64,000 nt of DNA. It comes from an uncultured Ruminiclostridium sp. (lineage in GTDB: Bacteria; Bacillota; Clostridia; Oscillospirales; Ruminococcaceae). Below the pieces are notes generated by a model that was not told the DNA's origin, made no database searches, and saw nothing but the letters and a program-made list of their open reading frames with translations. This document shows, piece after piece, positions 28,485 through 36,369 of the stretch. The number at the start of each line of letters is the position of its first letter. Position 1 is the first letter of the stretch. The position numbers were made by a program, and so were the translations under genes. The stretch covers positions 16,796 through 80,795 of the forward strand of contig CAZRRT010000001.1 in assembly GCA_964602605.1 (NCBI GenBank). Reading direction: 5' to 3'.

Positions 28485-29672
28485 TCACCCTCTCAACGCT
28501 TCAATAGGCTTTAATCCCGCAGCTTTTCCCGCAGGATATACGCCGAATATTCCTCCCATAAAAACGGAAAAAGCAAAGGAAAGGGTTATAGCATTTACGG
28601 GGACGGCAAAGGGAACTGATAAGGCAAAACAGCCTATTGTACAGCACAGCAGACCCGCCGCTATTCCCATAAGACTTCCCAATGCGGTTAGCAGAACACT
28701 TTCCCAAAGGAACTCTCCCATTATTGCCGAGCTTTTTGCGCCGATTGATTTTTTAATTCCGATTTCCCGCTTTCTTTCTCCCACGCTTACAAGCATTGTG
28801 GTCATTACCGTTATTCCCGACACTATAAGGCTAATTCCCGCTATTAAGGACAGCACGGTGGTTATCACATTTAAAATATCGGTAAGCTGTCCCTTTTGAC
28901 TTTGAAAGTTGTTGATAACCAATTCTCCCTTGCTGTTTTTAAGAGCGTTTATTTCATCTGACAGAGTTTGGGTGAGATTTTCGTCTGCGCTGTTTTTGTC
29001 AAGCAAAAGGGCGATTTTGTCAAACGCTGTTTTTCCCGTAATATCCTGCATAGTGGTGTACGGAATATAGGCAAAGTCGGGTATAATCCCCGCCATCATA
29101 CTTTGAAGCCCCGTTATTCCCGATTTGGCAATTCCGACTATCTTAAAATCATAATATCTGCCGCTTAACAGCAGCTTAATATTCTTTCCCACTATATTGC
29201 TTCTTCCATAGGTTTTTTTGGCAATATCCTCGTCTATAACGCAAACGTAGGAGCGGTTTTCCAAATCTCGGTTGTCAATCAGCCTGCCATGAATTGCCTC
29301 TATGGAAATTATATCCTTTGCGTCCTTATCCACTCCCCAAGCATAGCAATTTACGCACTCCTCCAAAATAACGGACTGGCTCATAGCCGCCATTAAGGGC
29401 ATAGCCTTATCCACTCCCTCAAGCCGCTGAAAGGCGGATACGTCCTCAAAGTTCAGCTTGACGGTACTGTTTTTGTCGGCGGCTTGAACCATAGCGGAAT
29501 TTATTCCCATAGTTACCATTGTGGAATTTATTTGTTCAGAGCCTACCGAGCCTATTCCCGAAATCACCACCACCGCAAATACTCCCACAGCCACGCTGCA
29601 AACGGTAAGCAGAGAACGCCCTCCGCTTCTTTTTATGCTTTTTATTATTCCGGGTAAATGAAAATGCAACAT
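28485..29672 (-). CDS. ABC transporter permease, FtsX/MacB family
   Basis: 395 aa. N-terminal TM, large external domain and C-terminal FtsX-type 3-TM bundle. Confidence 0.8.
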   Translation of the reverse strand: MLHFHLPGIIKSIKRSGGRSLLTVCSVAVGVFAVVVISGIGSVGSEQINSTMVTMGINSAMVQAADKNSTVKLNFEDVSAFQRLEGVDKAMPLMAAMSQSVILEECVNCYAWGVDKDAKDIISIEAIHGRLIDNRDLENRSYVCVIDEDIAKKTYGRSNIVGKNIKLLLSGRYYDFKIVGIAKSGITGLQSMMAGIIPDFAYIPYTTMQDITGKTAFDKIALLLDKNSADENLTQTLSDEINALKNSKGELVINNFQSQKGQLTDILNVITTVLSLIAGISLIVSGITVMTTMLVSVGERKREIGIKKSIGAKSSAIMGEFLWESVLLTALGSLMGIAAGLLCCTIGCFALSVPFAVPVNAITLSFAFSVFMGGIFGVYPAGKAAGLKPIEALRG

Positions 29673-29779
29673 AATAACCTCTTTTGATTTGATGTTTTAA
29701 CTTTTGAATTGATATTTTTGATATTTTTAAAGTGCGGCTTAAACAAGCTGCTAAATTTTCCTCGCTGATTTTCAGCAGA

Positions 29780-29955
29780 TTTTCTATTAAACAACCAACC
29801 GTTCGTATAAGCTTCTAACTTGTCTGTGGGCGGCTTGGCGGTTTTATTGTATTGCAAATATTTTCTGCGTTTTCTCTATTAAACAGCCAATTATACAACC
29901 AGCCGTCCGTCTGAGATTCTGACTTGTCTGTGGGCGGTTTTGGCGGCTTTATTGT
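29780..29955. repeat. tandem duplication (~75-85-bp units) of the 3' end of the MacB-type ATPase gene
   Basis: Intergenic copy 29780-29850 resembles 29870-29955, which contains the real C-terminus and stop at 29891. The shared core is CTTGTCTGTGGGCGG(C/T)TT(G/T)GCGG(T/C)TTTATTGT. Confidence 0.75.
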
Positions 29956-30556
29956 CGTGGGTTATCAGTATTATGGTCTTGCCTAATCCGTTCATTCTGT
30001 GCAGCATTTCCATTACCGTTTCTCCCGCCTTGCTGTCCAAATTTCCGCAGGGCTCGTCTGCCAAAATCAGCGGTGCGTCGGAGGCAAAGGCTCTTGCAAT
30101 AGCCACTCTCTGCTGCTGTCCTCCCGACAATTCCAAAGGAAGGTGATTTGCTCTTTTTTCAAGTCCCACCGCTTCAAGTGCCTGCTTTACGGTTTCCTTG
30201 CGCTGTTCGGCGGGCATTCTTCTGTAAATCAGCGGCAATTCCACATTTTCGGCGGCGGTTAATGTAGGTATAAGGTTAAAGCCTTGAAACACAAAGGAAA
30301 TTTTTCTGCTTCTAACATTGCTCAGTCCCTTTGAATCCAGAGTGGAAACATCTGTTCCGTCAAGACAATATCTGCCCTTTGTAGGTACGTCAAGACAGCC
30401 GATAATATTCATAAGCGTTGTTTTTCCCGAGCCTGAAGCGCCCACCACCGCCAAAAATTCCCCGTCCGCCACTTCAAGAGAAACTCCGTCCAAAGCGGTT
30501 ACAGGATATTTTCCCATAGGCGAATAAATTTTAGTGAGATTTTCTGTCTTTATCAT
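29891..30556 (-). CDS. ABC transporter ATP-binding protein (MacB/LolD type)
   Basis: Walker A GASGSGKTT, signature LSGGQQQR, Walker B ILADEP. Start taken at MIKTENLTKIY (30556); the track ORF extends to 30613. Confidence 0.85.
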   Translation of the reverse strand: MIKTENLTKIYSPMGKYPVTALDGVSLEVADGEFLAVVGASGSGKTTLMNIIGCLDVPTKGRYCLDGTDVSTLDSKGLSNVRSRKISFVFQGFNLIPTLTAAENVELPLIYRRMPAEQRKETVKQALEAVGLEKRANHLPLELSGGQQQRVAIARAFASDAPLILADEPCGNLDSKAGETVMEMLHRMNGLGKTIILITHDNKAAKTAHRQVRISDGRLVV

Positions 30557-30722
30557 TGTAATGCTTCTCCTTTTCACTATCTTTAATTTCTGCTTTTTCA
30601 TCTCTTTCATCAAAATAAGCGCAGGTTGAAGAAGTCACATCGGTTATTTGTCCGTACTCCTCCAAGCAGCAGTAGCCGTCCTTTTGATGCTTGCAATTCT
30701 CGCTGCACAGTATAAAGTTCAA
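30531..30722 (-). CDS. small Cys-rich protein, DUF1540-like (63 aa)
   Basis: TTG start 8 nt after AAGGAGG. Sequence (M)NFILCSENCKHQKDGYCCLEEYGQITDVTSSTCAYFDER... contains a C-x3-C-x7-CC..TC pattern. The 3' end overlaps the ATPase start by 26 nt. Confidence 0.45.
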   Translation of the reverse strand: MNFILCSENCKHQKDGYCCLEEYGQITDVTSSTCAYFDERDEKAEIKDSEKEKHYNDKDRKSH

Positions 30723-30959
30723 TATTATCGCCTCCTTTTTTACTGTTTTGCCATATTGATAATTCCAAGTTTTCAAGAAATATTTTGTTCCTGTTTTTTT
30801 CAAATATTCTATAATATTCCTTTAAATTTTCGGCAAAATACTAAAGCGGTTTAATCCGGAAAAGAGATAATTTGCTTATTGGTAAATAAACGGCAGAATT
30901 ATCGGCTAAAGCTTTTGTTGTTAAAAATACTTAAATTAAAATAAGAAAGGGAATATTAT

Positions 30960-31673
30960 ATGAAAAAAAGTGTGAAGCTTTCTGTTTTGAAAATCGGAAT
31001 TATTGTATTGTTGGGGGCGGTTTCCTGTTATGTGGCTTTTTCCGTTCCCAAAGCGGTTATGGGAATGGTTCCCGTTGTGCAGACCACAGCTCTTGAAAAG
31101 TATGAATACTGCCCCTCCGTATCGGCAAAGGGTGTAATAATAAAGGAAATAAGCAATATTAAGGAAGCGGAAAATAAAGAGTGCTGGTTTGCGGTGGTAT
31201 CGGTTGCAGAGGCGGATATTTCAAGGATAAAAACAGGACAGACCGCCTTGCTGTCGGGAGCAGCTCTGCCTGACGGAGAATTTAAAGGAAGCGTTTGCAA
31301 AATAGACGAAAATGCTCATACCGCCGCACTTTCCGCTTCTTCCCTTCCCGAAACGGTAGTGGAGGTTACAATTTCCATAGAATCGGGGGATACCTCGGTT
31401 TTAAAAAGCGGCTATTCGGTAAGCGCAAGGCTTAAAACAGGTGAAGAAAAAACAATGTCAATGCTGCCCTACAATGCTATTGCTCAGGACGAAAAGGGGG
31501 AATTTGTTTATGTGATAAAGGACGGCTTTTCGGTAAGAAAGGATGTTGTTACAGGAATCGAGCTTTCCGACAAGACGGAAATTATATCGGGAATAGATTA
31601 CAATGATCAGATATTGACTTATCCCGAAAAAATAAGGGAAGGGGAAAGGCTTAGACTAAGCAAAGAACAATGA
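30960..31673 (+). CDS. HlyD/MacA-like efflux adaptor (membrane fusion) protein
   Basis: N-terminal TM followed by a barrel-sandwich/beta-barrel-like region. Divergent from the MacB-type ATPase/permease genes. Confidence 0.55.
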   Translation: MKKSVKLSVLKIGIIVLLGAVSCYVAFSVPKAVMGMVPVVQTTALEKYEYCPSVSAKGVIIKEISNIKEAENKECWFAVVSVAEADISRIKTGQTALLSGAALPDGEFKGSVCKIDENAHTAALSASSLPETVVEVTISIESGDTSVLKSGYSVSARLKTGEEKTMSMLPYNAIAQDEKGEFVYVIKDGFSVRKDVVTGIELSDKTEIISGIDYNDQILTYPEKIREGERLRLSKEQ

Positions 31674-31814
31674 TAAAGGAAATTTAATGTCAATTATAAA
31701 AATCAGCCAAAATTCATAGTCCAATTAAGCTTGTCAAAACCTTGCTTTAATAGTTTTCCGCAATAAGATTGAGCTGTAAAAAGCTCAATATGTTTTTCGG
31801 ATTAAAAGAATAGT

Positions 31815-31858
31815 CCCGCCTAAAGTCGTTTTTCCGTGACTTTGGCGGGATATTTTTT
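31815..31858 (+). terminator. intrinsic terminator after the adaptor gene
   Basis: 13-bp stem CCCGCCTAAAGTC / GACTTTGGCGGG followed by ATATTTTTT. Confidence 0.7.
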
Positions 31859-32111
31859 ATGAATTTTTTTACATACTCGTTTCAGCTTGTGTGGAAAACT
31901 TGCCGCTTTTTTGATAAGCTGATATTTTCTGCTGAAACAGTGAATATTTTTTCTAATGTCTTTTTGGAAGCTTTATAGTAAGATTGGCTCAGCTTCCATA
32001 ATCATAATGTGATTTTTTGCTGCCGAGGTATGCCTTTTTTCTAATTCTCATTATTATTAAATCTGATTTTACAATTTTGAAAGCAAAACATTTTATACGT
32101 ATTTATAACTT

Positions 32112-32642
32112 TTATTCATTTGTTATTTCACTTAAAAACCCATTCCCCGACGTAATTGGCGTTGGGGATATTTTATACCCTTTTTGCCTCATAACTCTTA
32201 ATTTAAAATCCAGCAGCTGACAGGGAATTTTTAAAGAAGCAGCGGCTGAAAAAAAGCTGTCCTTTTCATTTAAAGCGTCCAGCACTTCCTTGTCGGACAA
32301 TAACAGCTCTGCGGCAAAGAGATTGGCTTCCTTTTCGGTTTGCAGATGATCGTCAAAAAAGCCTGTTTCGTGAAATGTGCGTGTTTCATCGGTACAATGA
32401 AGCAAGGCGTGTCCCAATTCGTGAGCTGTAATTATCCGCTGAAGCTCCTCCGATAAATCCGAATTTACTGTTATTGTCCTTATTCTGTGACTTTCAAAAT
32501 AAAAGCCCTTTATTGCGCCTTTTTCTTTTCCCAAAGGCTGAAAAAGTATTATTATATCCATATTGCGGCAAAGTCGGAATGGATCACGCTCTTTGTATTT
32601 ATTTACAATATTTTCTGCGGTTTCTATTATATTTTTATACAC
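32112..32642 (-). CDS. ImmA/IrrE-family (COG2856) zinc metalloprotease
   Basis: HExxH motif (AHELGHALLH) in a 176-aa protein. Lies downstream of an XRE repressor gene on the same strand. GTG start. Confidence 0.8.
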   Translation of the reverse strand: MYKNIIETAENIVNKYKERDPFRLCRNMDIIILFQPLGKEKGAIKGFYFESHRIRTITVNSDLSEELQRIITAHELGHALLHCTDETRTFHETGFFDDHLQTEKEANLFAAELLLSDKEVLDALNEKDSFFSAAASLKIPCQLLDFKLRVMRQKGYKISPTPITSGNGFLSEITNE

Positions 32643-32660
32643 AAAATACCCCCAAAGGTT

Positions 32661-32870
32661 TCAGGTTGTCAAAAAAGCCTAAGCGTAAATTTTTTCGGAA
32701 GGAAAAAGCTCTTAGGGAAAAGCCGTCAGGTTTTTCCTAAATTAAGATCGCAGCCGCAAAGTCGAGGCATAGCAAGGTTTTGCCGATTTGTGTTTTTGGC
32801 GGCAAGCCGGCAAAAACGGCGTCAGCTTGGCGAAAACCGACAAGCGGGACGTTTTTTCGACAAGCTGAAT
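32661..32870 (+). mobile_element. family-A MITE-like element, copy 1 (210 bp), between the XRE and ImmA genes
   Basis: Imperfect ~18-bp terminal inverted repeats: TTCAGGTTGTCAAAAAAG versus the reverse complement of the right end, TTCAGCTTGTCGAAAAAA. Internal hairpins. Related copies at 57105-57315 (inverted) and 59651-59858. Confidence 0.65.
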
Positions 32871-33292
32871 CACTTTCCGTATTTTTCCCTTGCCGCTTCT
32901 TTACAAGTGATATAGGCTTTCATCACCGCTTCAAAAAATGCGTCCTTTTGTTCTTGAGAAAGCTCTCCGCCCGCAAACAAGGCTTTATTGTCCTTTAACA
33001 GCTCCTCTGCGTCCTTTGCGCCCTTTGCTCCATAACGCTGCCTTGCCTGCTCTATGTAATTGTCCTTTTCAATATCCTCCAAAGGATCTTCACACTCATC
33101 ACAGGTGAGAAATTTAACCGACACTCCCAACGCCTTGGCAAGCTTTAACAATGTGCTTTGCCTTGGCGTTTTTTCGTCTTTTTCATACGCTAAAACCGAT
33201 CTTGCGGAAACTCCCGTAAGCTCCGCCAATTTCGGCTGTGACAAACCCAAAGACGCTCTTGCGTCCTTTACCTTTTCGCCAAAAGTTTTCAT
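32870..33292 (-). CDS. XRE-family helix-turn-helix transcriptional repressor (ImmR-like)
   Basis: N-terminal HTH_3 region (LGLSQPKLAELTGVSARSVLAYEKDEKTP). 140 aa. First gene of the XRE-ImmA pair. Confidence 0.85.
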   Translation of the reverse strand: MKTFGEKVKDARASLGLSQPKLAELTGVSARSVLAYEKDEKTPRQSTLLKLAKALGVSVKFLTCDECEDPLEDIEKDNYIEQARQRYGAKGAKDAEELLKDNKALFAGGELSQEQKDAFFEAVMKAYITCKEAAREKYGK

Positions 33293-33414
33293 TTAATTGC
33301 TCCTTTAATATTCTTTCCGGCTTTTTTAATGTTATTTGTAATTCAATAAAGTAAAAACACTATATGCTGTTATTTTGCTGTGATTTTTTGCATAGACTTT
33401 TGGAAAATTCTACA

Positions 33415-33482
33415 AAGTTCACTGAACTTATTGACATTATTTCTGAATAATGCTATAATTTCTATAGAACTTAGCAGAACTT
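33415..33482. promoter_or_regulatory. candidate operator sites (AAGTTC/GAACTT half-sites) around the polymerase promoter
   Basis: Perfect 15-bp palindrome AAGTTCACTGAACTT (33415-33429) abuts the -35. Two direct GAACTT copies lie at 33467-33472 and 33477-33482, just after the -10. Confidence 0.4.
33431..33459 (+). promoter_or_regulatory. consensus promoter of the Y-family polymerase / YolD operon
   Basis: TTGACA at 33431-33436, 17-nt spacer, TGcTATAAT (-10 at 33454-33459). Confidence 0.6.
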
Positions 33483-33560
33483 TATTGAATTTATTATACA
33501 GGTTTTTTAATAATATGTCAATAGAAGATTTTATATTTTTATTATTATAAGGTGAGCAAA

Positions 33561-35072
33561 ATGAAGCATTATATTGCCATAGATTTAAAATCCTTTTACG
33601 CCTCTGTGGAATGTGTGGACAGGGGACTTGATCCTCTTGCCGCAAATTTGGTGGTGGCAGATTTATCCAGAACGGAAAAAACCATTTGCCTTGCGGTATC
33701 CCCCTCTCTTAAATCCTATGGAATAAGCGGCAGAGCAAGGCTTTTTGAAGTTATCGGCAGGGTTAAGGAGGTAAACGCACTTAGAAAAGCCAACGCTCCG
33801 AGGGGCGAATTTACCGGCAAGTCTTATATGAATCCCCAAATTTTGGCAGATCCCTCTTTGGAGTTGGATTATATTACCGCTGTTCCCCGAATGGCAAGAT
33901 ATATGGAGATAAGCTCCAAAATTTACGGAATATACTTACAATATATTGCCCCCGAGGATATACACGTTTATTCGGTGGACGAGGTGTTTATCGACGTTAC
34001 AAATTATCTGCGAACCTATAACCGTTCGCCTCACGATATTGCCGCAATGCTTATTCGTGAGGTTTTAAAAGGAACGGGGATAACCGCCACCGGGGGAATA
34101 GGCACAAATCTTTATCTTTGCAAAATCGCTATGGATATTACCGCCAAGCATATGCCCCCTGACAAGGACGGAGTGAGAATTGCGGAGCTGAACGAAATGT
34201 CATACAGAGAAAAGCTGTGGACTCACACTCCCCTTACCGATTTTTGGAGAATAGGCAGAGGGTACAGCGAAAAATTGGAATCAAAGGGCTTGTACACTAT
34301 GGGGGATATTGCCCGCTGTTCCTTGGGAGGAAAAAACGATTTTTACAACGAGGAGCTGTTGTATAAAATGTTCGGTGTAAACGCAGAATTGCTGATAGAT
34401 CACGCATGGGGATACGAGCCCTGCACCATATCGGATATTAAAGCCTATAAGCCTCAGTCAAACAGCTTAGGCTCGGGACAGGTTTTAAAAGAACCATATT
34501 GTTTTGAAAAGGCAAGGTTAGTAATAAAAGAAATGACCGATCAGTTAGTGCTTGATATGGTGGATAAAGGGCTTATGACCAATCAAATGGTATTGTCGGT
34601 AGGCTATGATATTGAAAATCTCACCGATCCAAAAAAGAGAGAGAGCTACAGCGGCAAGATAACCACCGATCCTTACGGCAGACCAAAACCCAAATCCGCT
34701 CACGGCTCGGTAAATTTGGGAAAATACACCTCCTCCTCAAGAAAAATATCGGAGGCGGTTGTAAGGCTTTACAACAGCATAACAGACAGCAGTCTTACCG
34801 TTCGCAGAATGTGCATAGCCGCAAATAACCTTATTCCCCAATCCTTTGAGGACAACGGGGACAGCCAGCTTGATTTTTTCACCGATTATGAAGCCTTACA
34901 GGAAAAATTAAATCGGGAAAGAGAAGAAGCGCAAAAGGAAAATTCACTGCAAAAGGCTGTTATCGGCATAAAAAAGAAGTACGGCAAAAACGCAGTGCTT
35001 AAAGGTATGAATTTTGAAGAAGGGGGAACTGCCATTGAAAGAAACGGACAGGTGGGAGGACATAGGGCTTAA
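33561..35072 (+). CDS. Y-family (translesion) DNA polymerase, ImpB/MucB/SamB (UmuC-like) type
   Basis: N-terminus MKHYIAIDLKSFYASVECV with the catalytic DxxxFYA(S)VE motif, and SVDEVFIDVT. The ATG at 33561 follows AGGTGA; the track ORF starts at GTG 33552. Confidence 0.85.
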   Translation: MKHYIAIDLKSFYASVECVDRGLDPLAANLVVADLSRTEKTICLAVSPSLKSYGISGRARLFEVIGRVKEVNALRKANAPRGEFTGKSYMNPQILADPSLELDYITAVPRMARYMEISSKIYGIYLQYIAPEDIHVYSVDEVFIDVTNYLRTYNRSPHDIAAMLIREVLKGTGITATGGIGTNLYLCKIAMDITAKHMPPDKDGVRIAELNEMSYREKLWTHTPLTDFWRIGRGYSEKLESKGLYTMGDIARCSLGGKNDFYNEELLYKMFGVNAELLIDHAWGYEPCTISDIKAYKPQSNSLGSGQVLKEPYCFEKARLVIKEMTDQLVLDMVDKGLMTNQMVLSVGYDIENLTDPKKRESYSGKITTDPYGRPKPKSAHGSVNLGKYTSSSRKISEAVVRLYNSITDSSLTVRRMCIAANNLIPQSFEDNGDSQLDFFTDYEALQEKLNREREEAQKENSLQKAVIGIKKKYGKNAVLKGMNFEEGGTAIERNGQVGGHRA

Positions 35073-35161
35073 AGAGTATTTTTGACATTATCCTTGACAA
35101 AATATTAAGCTTATAATAATTGCTTGCTATTTTAAAATGATTATTGAAAGCGGGTGATAAA

Positions 35162-35611
35162 ATGAAGGAAAACAGCAATCCCTACAATGATATAATTCAT
35201 CTTCCCGCCCATATTTCCAAGAAGCATACTCCAATGTCAAGAATTAACAGAGCGGCTCAATTTGCGCCCTTTGCCGCTCTTACGGGTTATGACGACAAGG
35301 TGAGAGAGGAGGGGAGGCTTACCGACAGCAGATATGAATTGGACGACGACAGGCAGGACAGGCTGAACAATATTATCGCCATTTTAAAGGAAACCAATGA
35401 AAATCCGCTTATAGAGGCAGTTTACTTTTGCGCCGACAAGTTAAAAAGCGGTGGAGAATATATAACAATTACAGGAAGCTTCCGCAGAATTGAAGAAGAA
35501 ACTCTTACATTGATTTTCACCGACAAAAGGCGTATTCCCTTGCTTGATATTTATGATATACGCTTTTTGGAGGACGGCTTTTGCTTTGCCGACAATTACG
35601 AATCAAATTAA
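35162..35611 (+). CDS. YolD-like protein (accessory protein of Y-family polymerases)
   Basis: Motif RAAQFAPFAALTGYDD, ~150 aa, immediately downstream of the polymerase. ATG at 35162 after GGTGA. Confidence 0.65.
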   Translation: MKENSNPYNDIIHLPAHISKKHTPMSRINRAAQFAPFAALTGYDDKVREEGRLTDSRYELDDDRQDRLNNIIAILKETNENPLIEAVYFCADKLKSGGEYITITGSFRRIEEETLTLIFTDKRRIPLLDIYDIRFLEDGFCFADNYESN

Positions 35612-35639
35612 GCTTTTACAAGGCTAATAAAAATATAAA

Positions 35640-35677
35640 GCCCAATTTACCGTATAATCAGTAAATTCGGCTTTTTT
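35640..35677 (+). terminator. intrinsic terminator after the YolD-like gene
   Basis: Stem GCCCAATTTAC / GTAAATTCGGC (10 of 11 bp) followed by TTTTTTAT. Confidence 0.6.
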
Positions 35678-35720
35678 ATATACTAATTCTTAATTTAAAA
35701 CAAGCAAAGATTTGCAATAC
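35677..35720 (+). repeat. family-C repeat arm, copy 4
   Basis: TATATACTAATTCTTAATTTAAAACAAGCAAAGATTTGCAATAC resembles 2138-2180. Similarity continues for ~50 nt (ATTGGGAAAA..CGCTTGT..TTTT). Confidence 0.55.
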
Positions 35721-35804
35721 AAGCACAATAACACAGCATTGGGAAAATCGGACTGCAACGCTTGTATGTTTTCGGTTGGGTATCGGTGTTCAAATAAGCA
35801 AGAA

Positions 35805-36242
35805 TTAGATAAACTCTCCTGCGTCCGACTCGTTCCATTTTTCATTTGCCAAATCTGCAAGAGTGGTGCTGTCCAAATAGTCGTTTATGGCTTTGTACAG
35901 TCCCTTCCAAAAAGCAAGAGATTTACAGCCTTCAGCTCTGGGGCAGGTGTTTTCATCGGCGGATAAACAGGCTACGGGGGACAGATCTCCCTCTGTTACC
36001 CTTAATATATCGCCGATAGTGTATTTTTGAGGAGAGCGTGCAAGCATATATCCGCCTCCCGCTCCGCGTATGCTTTTTAACATTCCCGCCCTTGTCAGCG
36101 AGCCTACAATCTGCTCCAAATACTTAATGGAAATATCCTGCCGCTTGGATATTTCTTTAAGAGAAACGCTGCCCTCTCCTGCGTTTTCCGCAATATCTAT
36201 CATCATTCGCACGGCGTATCTGCCTTTAGTAGAAATTTTCAT
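35805..36242 (-). CDS. Rrf2-family transcriptional regulator (IscR/CymR-like)
   Basis: N-terminus MKISTKGRYAVRMMIDIA with a winged HTH. Cys residues in the C-terminal half (C-x8-C-x5-C-like). Confidence 0.85.
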   Translation of the reverse strand: MKISTKGRYAVRMMIDIAENAGEGSVSLKEISKRQDISIKYLEQIVGSLTRAGMLKSIRGAGGGYMLARSPQKYTIGDILRVTEGDLSPVACLSADENTCPRAEGCKSLAFWKGLYKAINDYLDSTTLADLANEKWNESDAGEFI

Positions 36243-36369
36243 AAACCACCTCGTGTGCTATAAAAAAGCAAATATTATTTATCATAGTTACTTGATATGT
36301 TTAATAAGATTTACATTTCTATAGTACCACAAAAAATTTCTTATGTCAAGACAAGAACCGAGATTTGCT

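Noticed and set aside
31857-32111. 255-bp gap after the adaptor-gene terminator, inspected for an integrase or att remnant flanking the XRE/ImmA module.
   Set aside because: Only short stop-interrupted frames were found (for example a 40-codon open stretch ending ...KKRQVFHTS on the minus strand). Nothing was recognisable, so a pseudogene cannot be supported.
32474-32998. Track ORFs 32474..32740, 32487..32915 and 32780..32998, and likewise 60025..60246.
   Set aside because: They are read across the family-A or family-B repeats. They lack an SD, and the same pseudo-frames recur wherever the repeats occur.
33415-33482. LexA (Cheo box) operator for the Y-family polymerase.
   Set aside because: The Firmicute LexA box is GAAC-N4-GTTC. 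Here the palindrome is GTTC-N3-GAAC plus direct repeats, so LexA control is not supported by sequence.
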